From Methanocaldococcus jannaschii DSM 2661 (GTDB taxonomy: Archaea; AGJL01; Methanococci; Methanococcales; Methanocaldococcaceae): a stretch of 32,000 nt of DNA. Position 1 is the stretch's first letter. Every line of letters begins with the position of its first letter. This document shows, one piece after another, positions 1-9,282 of the stretch. Location: contig NC_000909.1 in assembly GCF_000091665.1 (NCBI RefSeq), positions 1,130,960 through 1,162,959 of the forward strand. Direction: 5' to 3'. The notes below the pieces were generated by a model. It made no database searches. It was not told the DNA's origin and worked only from the letters and a program-made list of their open reading frames with translations. The translations under genes and the position numbers were made by a program.

Positions 1-399
1 CCAGTTAATACAAAGGTCGATGGTATAGCAATTGCAGGAGTTGCTCAGGGACCAAAAGACATTCCAGATACCGTAGCTCAGGCTAAAGGGGCCGCAAGTG
101 CTGTTTCAATACCAATGGCACAAGGACAGTTTAGAATAGAGATGATAAGGGCAGTTGTTGATGAAGATGTCTGTGGAGGATGCCAAGTTTGTGCTAAGAT
201 GTGTCCATACAATGCTATAACCTATGTTGAAAAAGATGGACACTTAGTAGCTCAAGTCAATGACGTTGCATGTAAGGGATGCGGTTCATGTGCTGGAGCA
301 TGTCCAAGTGGAGCAATGCAGTTGAGATACTATAGAGATGAGCAAATAATTTCATTCATTGATGGAGTATTAGAAGCTCACCAAAAATTAGAAAGTTAA
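1..399 (+). CDS. hdrA: Heterodisulfide reductase subunit A, C-terminal fragment (truncated by window start)
   Basis: Frame 1 is open from base 1 ([35 protein letters not shown]...), with two CxxCxxCxxxCP ferredoxin motifs and a SECIS downstream. Confidence 0.93.
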   Translation, partial: PVNTKVDGIAIAGVAQGPKDIPDTVAQAKGAASAVSIPMAQGQFRIEMIRAVVDEDVCGGCQVCAKMCPYNAITYVEKDGHLVAQVNDVACKGCGSCAGACPSGAMQLRYYRDEQIISFIDGVLEAHQKLES

Positions 400-501
400 A
401 AAATAATTAAAAAGCACAAGCTCTACATTCTAATAAAAATCTCAAAAATATAACGGCGTAGGTTATGAGCTCAACATTGGGGGCAGACAAAACCAGATGA
501 G

Positions 502-532
502 GCACCACTCGAAGGCAATGCCAAAGTGGTGC
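502..532 (+). promoter_or_regulatory. Archaeal SECIS element in the 3' UTR of hdrA
   Basis: Stem GCACCAC/GUGGUGC, internal-loop GAA opposite A-rich side, then GGC-AAU-GCC apical stem-loop; matches the archaeal SECIS layout. Confidence 0.82.
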
Positions 533-631
533 TGATGGAGAGGGTAAGTGCCCTCATCCAAATTAAATTATAAATTTAATTCTCATGTTGTTATCGAGTT
601 TATAAAATTAATAATATATAGGGGGATTAGT

Positions 632-1036
632 ATGGATCCAGTAATAATTGCATTTTGTTGCTATCAGTGAGGATATGGGGCTGCTGACTTGGCAGGGACA
701 AGTAGAATGCAATACCCTGCAACCGTAAGAATCGTAAGGCTCCCTTGTACCGGTAAATTCGATATTACCTACGCTTTAAGGGCTTTCCAAAAGGGAGCCG
801 ATGCGGTTATGGTTGTAGGGTGAAAGAAAGGAGAGTGTGCCTACGAAACAGGTAACTTAAAGGCTGAGGAGAGGGTTAGGTTCGCTAAACAATTATTAGA
901 TGAATTAGGAATTGGCGGAGACAGAATTGACATGTTTTTCATGTCTGCCGCTGAGGCAGATAAATTCGTCTCCGCCGTTAATGAAATGACTGCAAGAGTT
1001 GAAAAACTCGGACCTAACCCTCTCAAAGCTCAGTAA
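632..1036 (+). CDS. vhuD: F420-non-reducing (Vhu) hydrogenase iron-sulfur subunit D, selenoprotein with two UGA-encoded Sec (668-670 and 821-823)
   Basis: Frame open through two TGA codons: MDPVIIAFCCYQ-U-GYGAADLAGTSRMQYPATVRIVRLPCTGKFDITYALRAFQKGADAVMVVG-U-KKGECAYETGNLK...NPLKAQ; MvhD-like motifs; SECIS directly downstream. Confidence 0.93.
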
Positions 1037-1057
1037 AGCCGGAGATTAAAGGGATGA

Positions 1058-1092
1058 GTTCTCTCGGGAACCCGTCAAGGGACCGAGAGAAC
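1058..1092 (+). promoter_or_regulatory. Archaeal SECIS element in the 3' UTR of vhuD
   Basis: GUUCUCUCGG-GAA-CCC-GUCAA-GGG-A-CCGAGAGAAC. Confidence 0.95.
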
Positions 1093-1159
1093 AACCGCCC
1101 CATAAGTAAGGGGTTCTCCGGCATTGCAAAACTAATTTAAACTTTTTAGGGTGATTACC

Positions 1160-2017
1160 TTGGCAGTTAAGGTAGGGATGATACAACTGTGTGGATGTTC
1201 TGGATGCCACATATCCCTATTAGACTTACATGACAAGTTATTGGAAGTTTTACCAAATTTAGAGATTGTTTATGCCCCTATAATTGCAGACCCTAAGGAG
1301 ATTCCTGAGGGTATAGATGTATTTTTAGTTGAGGGAGGAATTAGGAATGAGCACGATGAGCACTTAATTCATGAAATAAGAGAGAAATCAAAGATTGTCA
1401 TTGCATGGGGAACTTGTGCCGCTTATGGAGGGATTCCAGGTTTAGGAAATCTATACAAAAAAGAAGAATTACTAAATTATGTCTACTCAACCGACTCAAC
1501 AGAAAATAAAGGAGAAATACCTTCAGAAGAAATTCCACCACTTGAAGAGTATGTTAAACCAATAAAGGACTTCATAAAAGTAGATTATACAATACCAGGA
1601 TGTCCTCCAACACCAAAAATGATCGCAGATGCAATTATAGCACTACTAAATGGAGAAGAACCAAAATTACCAACAAAGATCGTATGTGATGAATGTCCAA
1701 GAAAAAAAGAGAATGTATTTCCAGAAACATTTAAAAGAACCCATGAAGGAAGACCAGACCCAGAAAGATGCTTATTTGAGCAAGGATACACTTGCTTAGG
1801 ATTTGCTACAAGAGCAGGTTGTGGAGCAAAATGTCCAAGTGCAGGAGTTCCATGTAGAGGTTGTTTCGGTAAAACAGATAAATCATTAGACTTAGGAGCT
1901 AACGCAGCTAATGTATTGGCTAACGCTGGAGAGGCAGCTTTGGAGATTCCAGATAAGGTAGCTTTATTGAACAGATTCACACTACCAGATGCTTTAATCA
2001 ACAGAAAGGCAAAATAA
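1160..2017 (+). CDS. vhuG: F420-non-reducing hydrogenase small subunit G
   Basis: ORF track gives 1151; AGGGTGA (1148-1154) just upstream favours the TTG at 1160 (MAVKVGMIQLCGCSGCHISLLDLHD...); NiFe small-subunit cysteine motifs. Confidence 0.9.
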   Translation: MAVKVGMIQLCGCSGCHISLLDLHDKLLEVLPNLEIVYAPIIADPKEIPEGIDVFLVEGGIRNEHDEHLIHEIREKSKIVIAWGTCAAYGGIPGLGNLYKKEELLNYVYSTDSTENKGEIPSEEIPPLEEYVKPIKDFIKVDYTIPGCPPTPKMIADAIIALLNGEEPKLPTKIVCDECPRKKENVFPETFKRTHEGRPDPERCLFEQGYTCLGFATRAGCGAKCPSAGVPCRGCFGKTDKSLDLGANAANVLANAGEAALEIPDKVALLNRFTLPDALINRKAK

Positions 2018-2050
2018 ATTAAGCATAAATAATAAAATAAGGGTGAATTT

Positions 2051-3307
2051 ATGGGGAAGATAGTAATTGAGCCCCTATCAAGATTAGAAGGGCATGGTAA
2101 AGTTACAATAACCTTAGATGAAAATGGAAAACCTAAGGATGTTAAGTTGCATATAACTGCATTGAGAGGATTTGAGCAGTTCGTTGTTGGAAGACCTGCT
2201 GAAGAAGTTCCAAGAATTGTCCCAAGAATCTGTGGTATCTGCCAAACAGCCCACCACTTAGCAAGTGTTAAGGCAATTGATGCCGCTTGGGGTGTAGAGA
2301 TTCCAGAACCAGCTAAGAAATTGAGAGAGTTAATGCACATAGGAAATATGATTCATAGCCATGCATTGCACTTTTACTTCTTAGCAGCTCCTGACTTTGT
2401 TCTTGGTCCAGATGCAGACCCAGCAATAAGAAACATTGTGGGAGTTATAGATAAAGCTCCAGACGTTGCTAAGCAAGCTATCGCCTTAAGAAAGTTTGGG
2501 CAAAAGATTGTTGAAGCAGTTGGAGGAAAAGCTATTCATCCAGTTACTGGAATTCCTGGTGGGCAAGCAAAGAGATTAACTGAAGAAGAAAGAGATGAGT
2601 TATTAAAAGATGCTGACCAGATGATAGAATACGCTAAAAATGGTGTTGAGCTTATAAAACAATTAAATGAGCAATATATGGAACAGATAAAGACATTAGG
2701 AGTTATTGACACCTATTATTTAGGTTTGGTTAAAGATGGAAAACATAACTTCTATGACGATACCTTAAGATTCTTATCTCCAGATGGAAAAGAAAAAGTT
2801 GAGTTTAAACCGGAAGAATACTTGAACTATATTGGGGAATATGTAGTTCCATACAACTATGTAAAACACCCTTACTACAAAAAAGTCGGTTATCCTGAAG
2901 GAGTTTATAGGGTTGGGCCATTAGCGATGCTAAACGTTTGTGATGAAATGGAGACCCCGCTTGCAGAAGAATACAGAAAAGAATTTTTAGAGATCTTTGG
3001 ATTTCCAGCAAATCAGTCATTGGCATATAATCATGCAAGGTTGATTGAGTTAGTTGAAGCATGTGAAAAGGCAAAAATATTATTGGAAGATAATGATATT
3101 ACATCAGATGACATTAAGGCAGATGTTGAACCAAAGGCTGGAAATGGTGTTGGAGTAGTTTATGCTCCAAGAGGAGTTTTAATTCACAACTATGAAACAG
3201 ATGAGAATGGAATCGTTGTTAAGGCAAACATGATTGTCGCTACAACACACAACGTTCCAACAATGGAAAAGGCTATCCAACAGGCAGCTCAAGTAATCTT
3301 CAAATAA
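2051..3307 (+). CDS. vhuA: F420-non-reducing hydrogenase large subunit A (lacks the C-terminal NiFe ligand segment, supplied by vhuU)
   Basis: RICGICQTAHH motif, EPLSRLEGHGKV; ends ...PTMEKAIQQAAQVIFK without a C-terminal DPCxxC. Confidence 0.95.
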   Translation: MGKIVIEPLSRLEGHGKVTITLDENGKPKDVKLHITALRGFEQFVVGRPAEEVPRIVPRICGICQTAHHLASVKAIDAAWGVEIPEPAKKLRELMHIGNMIHSHALHFYFLAAPDFVLGPDADPAIRNIVGVIDKAPDVAKQAIALRKFGQKIVEAVGGKAIHPVTGIPGGQAKRLTEEERDELLKDADQMIEYAKNGVELIKQLNEQYMEQIKTLGVIDTYYLGLVKDGKHNFYDDTLRFLSPDGKEKVEFKPEEYLNYIGEYVVPYNYVKHPYYKKVGYPEGVYRVGPLAMLNVCDEMETPLAEEYRKEFLEIFGFPANQSLAYNHARLIELVEACEKAKILLEDNDITSDDIKADVEPKAGNGVGVVYAPRGVLIHNYETDENGIVVKANMIVATTHNVPTMEKAIQQAAQVIFK

Positions 3308-3369
3308 ATAAATTTTTGTAAAGAAAATCAATTATGATTATCTAATCATTTATGGTTATGGTGATAAAC

Positions 3370-3522
3370 ATGGCTGAGAAAAGCACAGTTAAAGTTGATG
3401 AAGTAAAATTAAACTTAATAGAAATGGTATTAAGAGCTTACGACCCTTGATACTCATGTGCCGCCCACATAATAGTTAAAGATGAAAAAGGAAACAAAAT
3501 TATTGAGGTTATTAAAGAATAA
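3370..3522 (+). CDS. vhuU: Hydrogenase micro-subunit U, selenoprotein; UGA(Sec) at 3448-3450
   Basis: [50 protein letters not shown], i.e. DPUxxC NiFe ligand motif; absent from the ORF track because of the UGA; SECIS abuts the stop codon. Confidence 0.95.
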
Positions 3523-3556
3523 GCTCACAACCGAACCCATTTGGGAGGTTGTGAGC
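3523..3556 (+). promoter_or_regulatory. Archaeal SECIS element of vhuU
   Basis: GCUCACAACC-GAA-CCC-AUUU-GGG-A-GGUUGUGAGC, beginning immediately after the TAA. Confidence 0.95.
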
Positions 3557-3581
3557 TCTCTCCCTCTATGCAGGGGGAATT

Positions 3582-3610
3582 CGCTAAAATCCTTTTTTGG
3601 GATTTTAGCG
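3582..3610 (+). other. 11-bp perfect inverted repeat (RNA hairpin) between the vhuU SECIS and vhuB
   Basis: CGCTAAAATCC (3582-3592) / GGATTTTAGCG (3600-3610). Confidence 0.8.
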
Positions 3611-3635
3611 TATAATTTTTAGGAGGATGAGATTA

Positions 3636-4811
3636 ATGAGCATAACAATTCAAAAAGATGCTTGTTTAGTCTGTTATGCGTGTCAGGCGGAGTGTCCTAC
3701 CAAAGCAATAGATATAGATAGTTTTAAAGTATGCAACTTATGCATGGAGTGTGTTAAAGTCTGCCCAACGGGAGCTTTGGTGGAGGAGGAGATTGAAGTT
3801 AATGGGAAGAAGTTGAAGAGGGTTAATTATTTAGCTCATAAGTGTGAGAAATGTGGGCAGTGTGCTGAGGCTTGTCCTATTGGCATAAAAAAGGTTGATG
3901 ATGATTTCCCTTACTCAAAGGGGCATTGTGTCCTCTGTCAAAAGTGTATTGACGTGTGTCCAATAGAGATCATTTCATTACCTGGAGTTATTGATAAGCC
4001 TAAGAAGGAAATAAAGCCACCAAAAGAACCGATAGCAGTTACTGATGCTTGTGTTGGTTGTGGAATTTGTGTTCCTGAATGTCCAGTTAATGCAATAACC
4101 TTAGAGAATAATAAAGCAGTCATCGATAAGAGTAAGTGTATTTACTGCAGTATTTGTGCCCAAACATGTCCATGGAATGCTATATTTGTAGCTGGGAAAA
4201 TACCTAAGAAGAGGAGGAAGGAAGTTAAGAAGTTTGAAGTTAATGCAGAGAAGTGTATTTATTGTCTAAAGTGTGTTGAAGTCTGTCCGGGAGATATGAT
4301 TAAGGTTGATGAGGAAAACTTAATCGTTATTCCACCAAAATCATGCCCAGCTTGTAAGCTCTGTGTTAATATCTGTCCAGTCGATGCTTTAGATTTAGAG
4401 GTTAAACTAAGCTCACCACACCCAATAACTGATGAGGGCTTGGTTATTGTTGAGGAGGACTTTGAGGTTTTGAAAAAATGTGCTTCAGTCTGTCCAACTG
4501 AAGCAATTGTAGTTGATGAGGAGAAGAAGGAAGTAAGAATGTGTATCGTCTGTGGAGCTTGTACTGTAGCCTGTCCAACAGGAGCTTTAAAGCTTGGTAA
4601 GATAGAACATAATGGTAAGGAATACAACAGAATTGAATTCAGCCCTTACTTATGTGATAAGTGTGGCAAATGTGTAGAAGTCTGCCCAATGAAGACATTA
4701 AGATTATCAAGAGGCAAATTACCATTGAAAGGATACTGTGTAATGTGCTTACTCTGCTTAAGTGTAGCTGAAAAAGAAAAGAAAGGAAAAAAGGTTTTGG
4801 AGTTAAGATAA
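3636..4811 (+). CDS. vhuB: Polyferredoxin
   Basis: About 11 complete CxxCxxCxxxCP motifs plus degenerate ones; track start is 3627 but AGGAGG at 3621-3626 abuts that ATG, so the ATG at 3636 ([13 protein letters not shown]) is better spaced. Confidence 0.93.
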
Positions 4812-4834
4812 ATTAAAAAAGGGGTGAATCCCTT

Positions 4835-6142
4835 ATGGTAAAAGTTGTTAGAAATGTTGTCTGTCCGTTCTGTGGGACATTATGTGATGACTTAGAGATT
4901 TTAGTTGAAGATAACCACATAGTTGGAACAAGACATGCGTGTAGAATTGGAAATGCCAAGTTTATGCACTTTGAGGGAGCTGTAAGATATACAGAGCCTT
5001 TAATGAGAGAAAACAAGAAAGATGATTTCAAAAAAGTTGATTATGAAACTGCAATTGAAGAAACAGCAAGATTATTAACTGAGGCTACTTTACCTCTAAT
5101 TTATGGATGGAGTGCTACTGAATGTCATGCACATATGTACGGGGTTGAGTTGGCTGAATTAGTTGGGGCAGTTATTGACAACACTGCAAGTGTTTGACAC
5201 GGACCTTCACTTTTAGCTGTGCAGGATGTAGGATACCCCGTCTGTACCTTAGGAGAAGTTAAAAACAGAGCTGATGTTATCATCTTCTGGGGTTCAAACC
5301 CAATGCACGCCCACCCAAGGCATATGAGTAGATATTCAGTCTTTGCAAGAGGGTTTTTCAGAGAGAGGGGAAGAGAGGATAGGACTTTGATTGTTGTTGA
5401 CCCAAGAGAGACTGATACTGCAAAGTTGGCAGATATTCATTTACAAGTAGAGCCACATAAAGATTATGAATTAGTTAGTGCAATGAGGGCTGTGTTGAAG
5501 GGCTTTGAGTTACAAGTAGATAAAGTTGCTGGAGTTCCAGCTGATTTGATATATGAAGCAGTTGAAGTTTGTAAAAATGCCCAATTTGGAGAGTTGTTTT
5601 TCGCTATGGGAGTAACGATGACAAGAGGTAAGCATAGAAACATTGACAATGCTATCCAGTTGGTTATTGACTTAAACGCATACACAAAATTCGGATTAAT
5701 GCCAATGAGAGGACACTACAACGTCAATGGATTCAACCAAGTCTTGACATGGGTTACAGGTTATCCATTTGGTGTTGATTTCTCAAGAGGTTATCCAAGA
5801 TACAACCCAGGAGAGACAACAGCTAACGACTTGTTGCAAAGAGGAGAAACTGATATGATGTTGAACATCGCTTCAGATCCTGGAGCACACTTCCCACAAA
5901 AAGCTGTACAGCACATGGCAAAGATACCATTGGTTTGTATTGACCCACACGAAACACCAACAACTCAATTGGCAAACATCATCATTCCACCAGCAATCGC
6001 TGGAGTTGAGGTTGAAGGAACTGCCTATAGAATGGATGGGGTTCCAATTCAGTTGAGGAAGGTTATTGATCCACCAGAAGGAGTCTTACCAGATAGAGAA
6101 ATATTGAAGATACTCATTAAGAAAGTTAAAGAGATGCTCTAA
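4835..6142 (+). CDS. fwdB: Formylmethanofuran dehydrogenase subunit B (tungsten type), selenoprotein; UGA(Sec) at 5195-5197
   Basis: Track ORFs 4835-5197 and 5219-6142 are in the same frame and joined through TGA (…[23 protein letters not shown]…); molybdopterin oxidoreductase motifs; SECIS downstream. Confidence 0.95.
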
Positions 6143-6201
6143 AAATTCTAATAAGAAAAGTATAAATATTAGATTTGCATGTAATGAGATATTGGGGTGG
6201 G

Positions 6202-6249
6202 CGTGCAACGCTAACCATCTTTGGGGTATCCTACATCCTGCGTTACACG
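6202..6249 (+). other. Stem-loop upstream of the fwdB SECIS
   Basis: CGUG-c-AACGC (6202-6211) pairs with GCGUU-a-CACG (6240-6249): 9 bp with one C·A mismatch; GC-rich in an AT-rich genome. Confidence 0.65.
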
Positions 6250-6253
6250 TCGT

Positions 6254-6289
6254 ATGTTGGAGGGGAACCCGTAAGGGACCCTCCAACAT
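6254..6289 (+). promoter_or_regulatory. Archaeal SECIS element of fwdB
   Basis: AUGUUGGAGGG-GAA-CCC-GUAA-GGG-A-CCCUCCAACAU followed by a T-rich tract. Confidence 0.95.
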
Positions 6290-6392
6290 TTTATTATTTT
6301 GGAGATTTTAATTAGTTTATTTGAATTCATAAATTAAATTTTATAAAATAAAAAATAATTTTATTTTTATATTAATTTATAAGGAGATGAAA

Positions 6393-7949
6393 TCATTTTT
6401 CTCTTTTTGCCAAGATTTTGTTGATTCCATCTATAACTGCCTCAACTGAAGCCCTAACTATATCTTCACTTGCTGCCTTTGTTGTTATCTCCCTTCCATA
6501 TCCTTCTAAGGTTACAATAACCTCCGCCAATGCATCAGTTCCTCCAGTTATGGCATTTATATGATACTCTTTAAGTTTAATCTTCTCTCCAATGGCTTTT
6601 TGTATTGCCTTAACTGCCGCATCTACTGGTCCAACACCAATAGCTGAGCTCTTCTTAATCTCTTCTTCAATCTTTAAAGCAACTGATGCAGTTGGAATAA
6701 CTCTATTACCTGTCATAACCGCTATTTGCTCCAACTCAACAACTCTATCTTTTTTAGCCAACTTACCAACAACATCCTCAACTATTGCCTCAACATCTCT
6801 GTCAGTGACTCTCTTTCCTTTATCTCCAAGAGCTTTAATTCTCTTAACTATCTCATCAAATTGATCTTTATTTATATCCTTACCAACCTCAATTCCTAAT
6901 TCTTTTAACTTTGCCTCAATTGCATGTGTTCCTGTGTGCTTACCTAAGATTATTTTTCTCTTCTGCCCAACTAACTCTGGGGGTATAGGTTCATAGGTTA
7001 AAGCATGAGCTAAAACTCCATGTGCATGTATTCCACTTTCATGAGCGAAAGCGTTCTCTCCAACAATTGCCTTGTTTGGTTGGACTTTAATTTCAGTGTA
7101 TTTTGATACAAGCTGAGATATCTCATAAAGTTTTTGTGTTTTTATATTAGTTTTAACTCCATAGATTGACATTAAGCTCATAACTACCTCTTCCAATGCT
7201 GCATTTCCTCCTCTCTCTCCTAAGCCGTTTATTGTACAATGTACTTGCTCTGCTCCTGCTTCAACTGCTGCCAATGAGTTTGCAACAGCTAAACCAAAGT
7301 CGTTGTGGCAATGCACAGATATAGGGACTTTTATTTCCTTCTTTAGCTCATTTATTAGATAATACATAGCCCTTGGAATCATAACTCCAACGGTATCTGG
7401 AACGTTGATTATATCTGCTCCAGCATCTACTGCCTTTTTATAAACTTCTATTAAATAGTCAATCTCTGTTCTTGTTGCATCTTCTGCTGAAAACTCAACT
7501 CTAATCCCATGTTCTTTTATGTACTCTATGGCATCAACTGCAATATCAATAATCTCTTCCTTTGATTTTTTTAATTTATATTTTCTATGCAATGGAGAGG
7601 TTGCTATAAATGTATGGATTCTATCAACTCCGCAATCTATAGCTACATCTATATCCTTTTTTACAGCCCTTGCCAATCCGCAGATTTCAGCATCTAAGTT
7701 TAATGAGCAGATTTTTTTAATAGCCTCCTGCTCTCCTAATGATGATACTGGAAAACCAGCCTCAATAACATCAACTCCTAAATCATCTAATTTTATGGCT
7801 ATGTCTATTTTCTCCTCTGGAGTTAAAGAGACACCTGGAGTTTGCTCTCCATCTCTGAGTGTTGTGTCAAAGATATAAACCCTATCTGGAATGTTTAAAT
7901 TCTCAAGTGCCTTTTTTATAATTTCATTCTCTTCCCTATAAATTATCAT
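6393..7949 (-). CDS. leuA: 2-isopropylmalate synthase family
   Basis: [46 protein letters not shown] motifs, C-terminal LeuA regulatory domain. Confidence 0.88.
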   Translation of the reverse strand: MIIYREENEIIKKALENLNIPDRVYIFDTTLRDGEQTPGVSLTPEEKIDIAIKLDDLGVDVIEAGFPVSSLGEQEAIKKICSLNLDAEICGLARAVKKDIDVAIDCGVDRIHTFIATSPLHRKYKLKKSKEEIIDIAVDAIEYIKEHGIRVEFSAEDATRTEIDYLIEVYKKAVDAGADIINVPDTVGVMIPRAMYYLINELKKEIKVPISVHCHNDFGLAVANSLAAVEAGAEQVHCTINGLGERGGNAALEEVVMSLMSIYGVKTNIKTQKLYEISQLVSKYTEIKVQPNKAIVGENAFAHESGIHAHGVLAHALTYEPIPPELVGQKRKIILGKHTGTHAIEAKLKELGIEVGKDINKDQFDEIVKRIKALGDKGKRVTDRDVEAIVEDVVGKLAKKDRVVELEQIAVMTGNRVIPTASVALKIEEEIKKSSAIGVGPVDAAVKAIQKAIGEKIKLKEYHINAITGGTDALAEVIVTLEGYGREITTKAASEDIVRASVEAVIDGINKILAKREK

Positions 7950-8084
7950 AATCCCACCAAAACTTTTTAATTTTCTGTTATTTATGATGGGATGTTATAA
8001 AAATTTTACCTAATCAGATATATCATTAAAACGCTATAACTTAACCTTTCAAAATGATAGATTAAAGTTCATTTAATTCATCAA

Positions 8085-9185
8085 CTAAAGAATAATAAAG
8101 TTATAAACCCTAAATAATATCAACAATCCAGTTATCAGCATAGAGATTAATGATATAGCTTTTATTTTACCTGAAGATTCTTTAAACACTGCCAAATATA
8201 GCAGAAAATAGGCTATTAATGTAGAAAACATACTCATATCCACCAAAGTCTTTGCATCAAAAATTAATAGGATTATAACTAATAAAGTATTTAAAATAAC
8301 TCCATAGTATGGAATCTCCTTCCTTAATTTTATAAATGCCTTTGGGAATATCCTATCTTTTCCCATCCCATAAGGCATATATGATAAAGTAAATAAAACA
8401 CTAAACGCACAGCTGGAAATTATTAATAACATCCCAGCCAATAAAAATAGGTTATCTCCAATCAGTATCTTTAATATCTCATCTAAGTTGTTTGTTTTTA
8501 CATTTAAAGATACTATGGTCAAGGAAAACAGGAGATACAAAACTCCAATGATAAAAGTCCCTACCAAGAGTCCATAAGCTATAGCTTTTTGATTTTTAAA
8601 TGCTGACAATGGCATTGTTATACCTTCCCAACCAGTAGCAGTCCATAATCCAAAATATATTGTCAAAATAGCATTTTTTAAATTAAACTCTCCAATGCTG
8701 TCAATTTTTATTCCATTTGAAAATACGATATATAAAATAATCGTTATCGTTAAAATTCCAAAGATTCTGACAAAGTTTCCCACAATCCTCAACCCTCCCA
8801 ATATTAAAGCTGTTAAAATAACAATCAAACATAATCCAACATAAGAAACGTTAAATTTTGTATTAAAAACTATTTCAAAGAATGACACAACTCCAGATAG
8901 AGCAAAAACTCCAGAGAGCCATAATATATAGGCTGAAAAAACTCCAATTTCTCTCCCTAAAATTTTCATTACAAATTTATAAACCCCTCCACTCTCACTT
9001 ATTTTAGTGGAAGCATAGGCAAAAGGAGAAGCCATAATTAGAGACACAAATATTAGTAAAGCCCAACCCCATATTATAGATTTTCCAAACAGCAAATAGG
9101 TTAATGGAGATAGAACAAAAATCCCTCCACCAACAATGGACGTTATCGTTAAAAATACCGCATCTTTGAGTGTTAGATGCCCCAT
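8085..9185 (-). CDS. APC-family amino acid permease
   Basis: Multi-TM protein; N-terminal GGGIFVLSPL and TGWEG motifs typical of APC transporters. Confidence 0.85.
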   Translation of the reverse strand: MGHLTLKDAVFLTITSIVGGGIFVLSPLTYLLFGKSIIWGWALLIFVSLIMASPFAYASTKISESGGVYKFVMKILGREIGVFSAYILWLSGVFALSGVVSFFEIVFNTKFNVSYVGLCLIVILTALILGGLRIVGNFVRIFGILTITIILYIVFSNGIKIDSIGEFNLKNAILTIYFGLWTATGWEGITMPLSAFKNQKAIAYGLLVGTFIIGVLYLLFSLTIVSLNVKTNNLDEILKILIGDNLFLLAGMLLIISSCAFSVLFTLSYMPYGMGKDRIFPKAFIKLRKEIPYYGVILNTLLVIILLIFDAKTLVDMSMFSTLIAYFLLYLAVFKESSGKIKAISLISMLITGLLILFRVYNFIIL

Positions 9186-9282
9186 AACTACACCCTTATA
9201 AATTGATTAAACAAAGCAAAAATATTTAATATATCTTTTTCTTTTATAATTATCTTTATCTAAAATTTAATTGAGGGATAAT

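Noticed and set aside
841-1026. Antisense ORF opposite vhuD (61 aa)
   Set aside because: Lies opposite a well-supported selenoprotein gene; no recognisable motif; likely spurious.
1585-2340. 251-aa antisense ORF across vhuG/vhuA
   Set aside because: Mirror of the highly expressed-looking sense genes; low-complexity composition and no initiation signal; typical shadow ORF.
6592-7878. + strand ORFs inside leuA (6592-6864, 7519-7878)
   Set aside because: Ser/Ile/Thr-rich shadow translations of a conserved gene on the opposite strand.
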